From positions 40,801 to 67,040 of the forward strand of contig JAWCME010000003.1 of the NCBI GenBank assembly GCA_039091335.1: a DNA stretch of 26,240 bases, written 5' to 3'. Each line of letters begins with the position of its first letter. Positions within the stretch are counted from its first letter, which is position 1. Made by a program: the position numbers and the translations under genes. Below are positions 26,002 through 26,240 of this stretch, piece after piece. This DNA is from Candidatus Aenigmatarchaeota archaeon. Its GTDB lineage: Archaea; Aenigmatarchaeota; Aenigmatarchaeia; CG10238-14; SCSR01. The notes beneath the pieces were generated by a model that had not been told where the DNA came from, ran no database searches, and saw nothing but the letters and a program-made list of their open reading frames with translations.

Positions 26002-26240
26002 ATGCCAAGCGGAATAGCAAGCGGTACGAAAATGACATTAACTAAAGAAGAAGAAAAGGAAAAAAGGGTAAAAATGTATGAGATAATTTACAAAGCTATT
26101 GAACATTTGAAAGCATGCTCTGTTGCTGAGTTAGAAGCCATATTTGGTATAGCGATGAAAACTCAAACTTAAACTTCAAAAGCTTGGAAGTTTTTAATCG
26201 CTACGTTGATAGGATTTTGCAACAACTTTATGCAGCTGGA
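26002..26240 (+). pseudogene. Possible frameshifted helix-turn-helix-like gene running off the window
   Basis: GAGG-preceded ATG 26002 gives 56 aa (..YEIIYKAIEHLKACSVAELEAIFG..) ending at TAA 26172. The -1 frame is open from 26130 to the window end (YSDENSNLNFKSLEVFNRYVDRILQQLYAAG). Confidence 0.3.

Noticed and set aside
1..26240. CRISPR array, rRNA/tRNA genes, transposases or integrases
   Set aside because: No regularly spaced repeats, no GC-rich structured RNA segment and no recombinase motifs found by eye; a covariance-model search would be needed to exclude small RNAs.

Overview
AT-rich, gene-dense archaeal chromosomal segment (uL16/L10e, NurA, archaeal SepF, PGF-pre-PGF surface protein, GGTGA-type ribosome-binding sites; a DPANN-like anaerobe is plausible but only inferred). 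The left half is dominated by deoxynucleotide metabolism. The best finding is a class III ribonucleotide reductase operon whose first gene is longer than the ORF track shows: a complete NrdR repressor (Zn ribbon plus ATP cone) is fused in frame to an ATP-cone-bearing NrdD. It appears to start at ATA, lies just downstream of a near-consensus NrdR box, and carries an internal GGAGGTGA-N4-ATG that could release a 55-aa glycyl-radical domain. Thioredoxin, nrdG and a second, divergent nrdD follow, and an aminotransferase-iorA-iorB-ferredoxin unit lies upstream. A second unusual cluster links a soluble MtrA(corrinoid)-DUF4346 protein to a divergent thymidylate synthase and dCTP deaminase. Also present: a 55-aa histone-fold gene missed by the ORF track, split MetRS, a presenilin-like protease, and CBS, HAD, MFS and HD-domain proteins. 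No rRNA, tRNA, CRISPR array or mobile element was recognised. All family calls come from motif recognition by eye; no database search was run.
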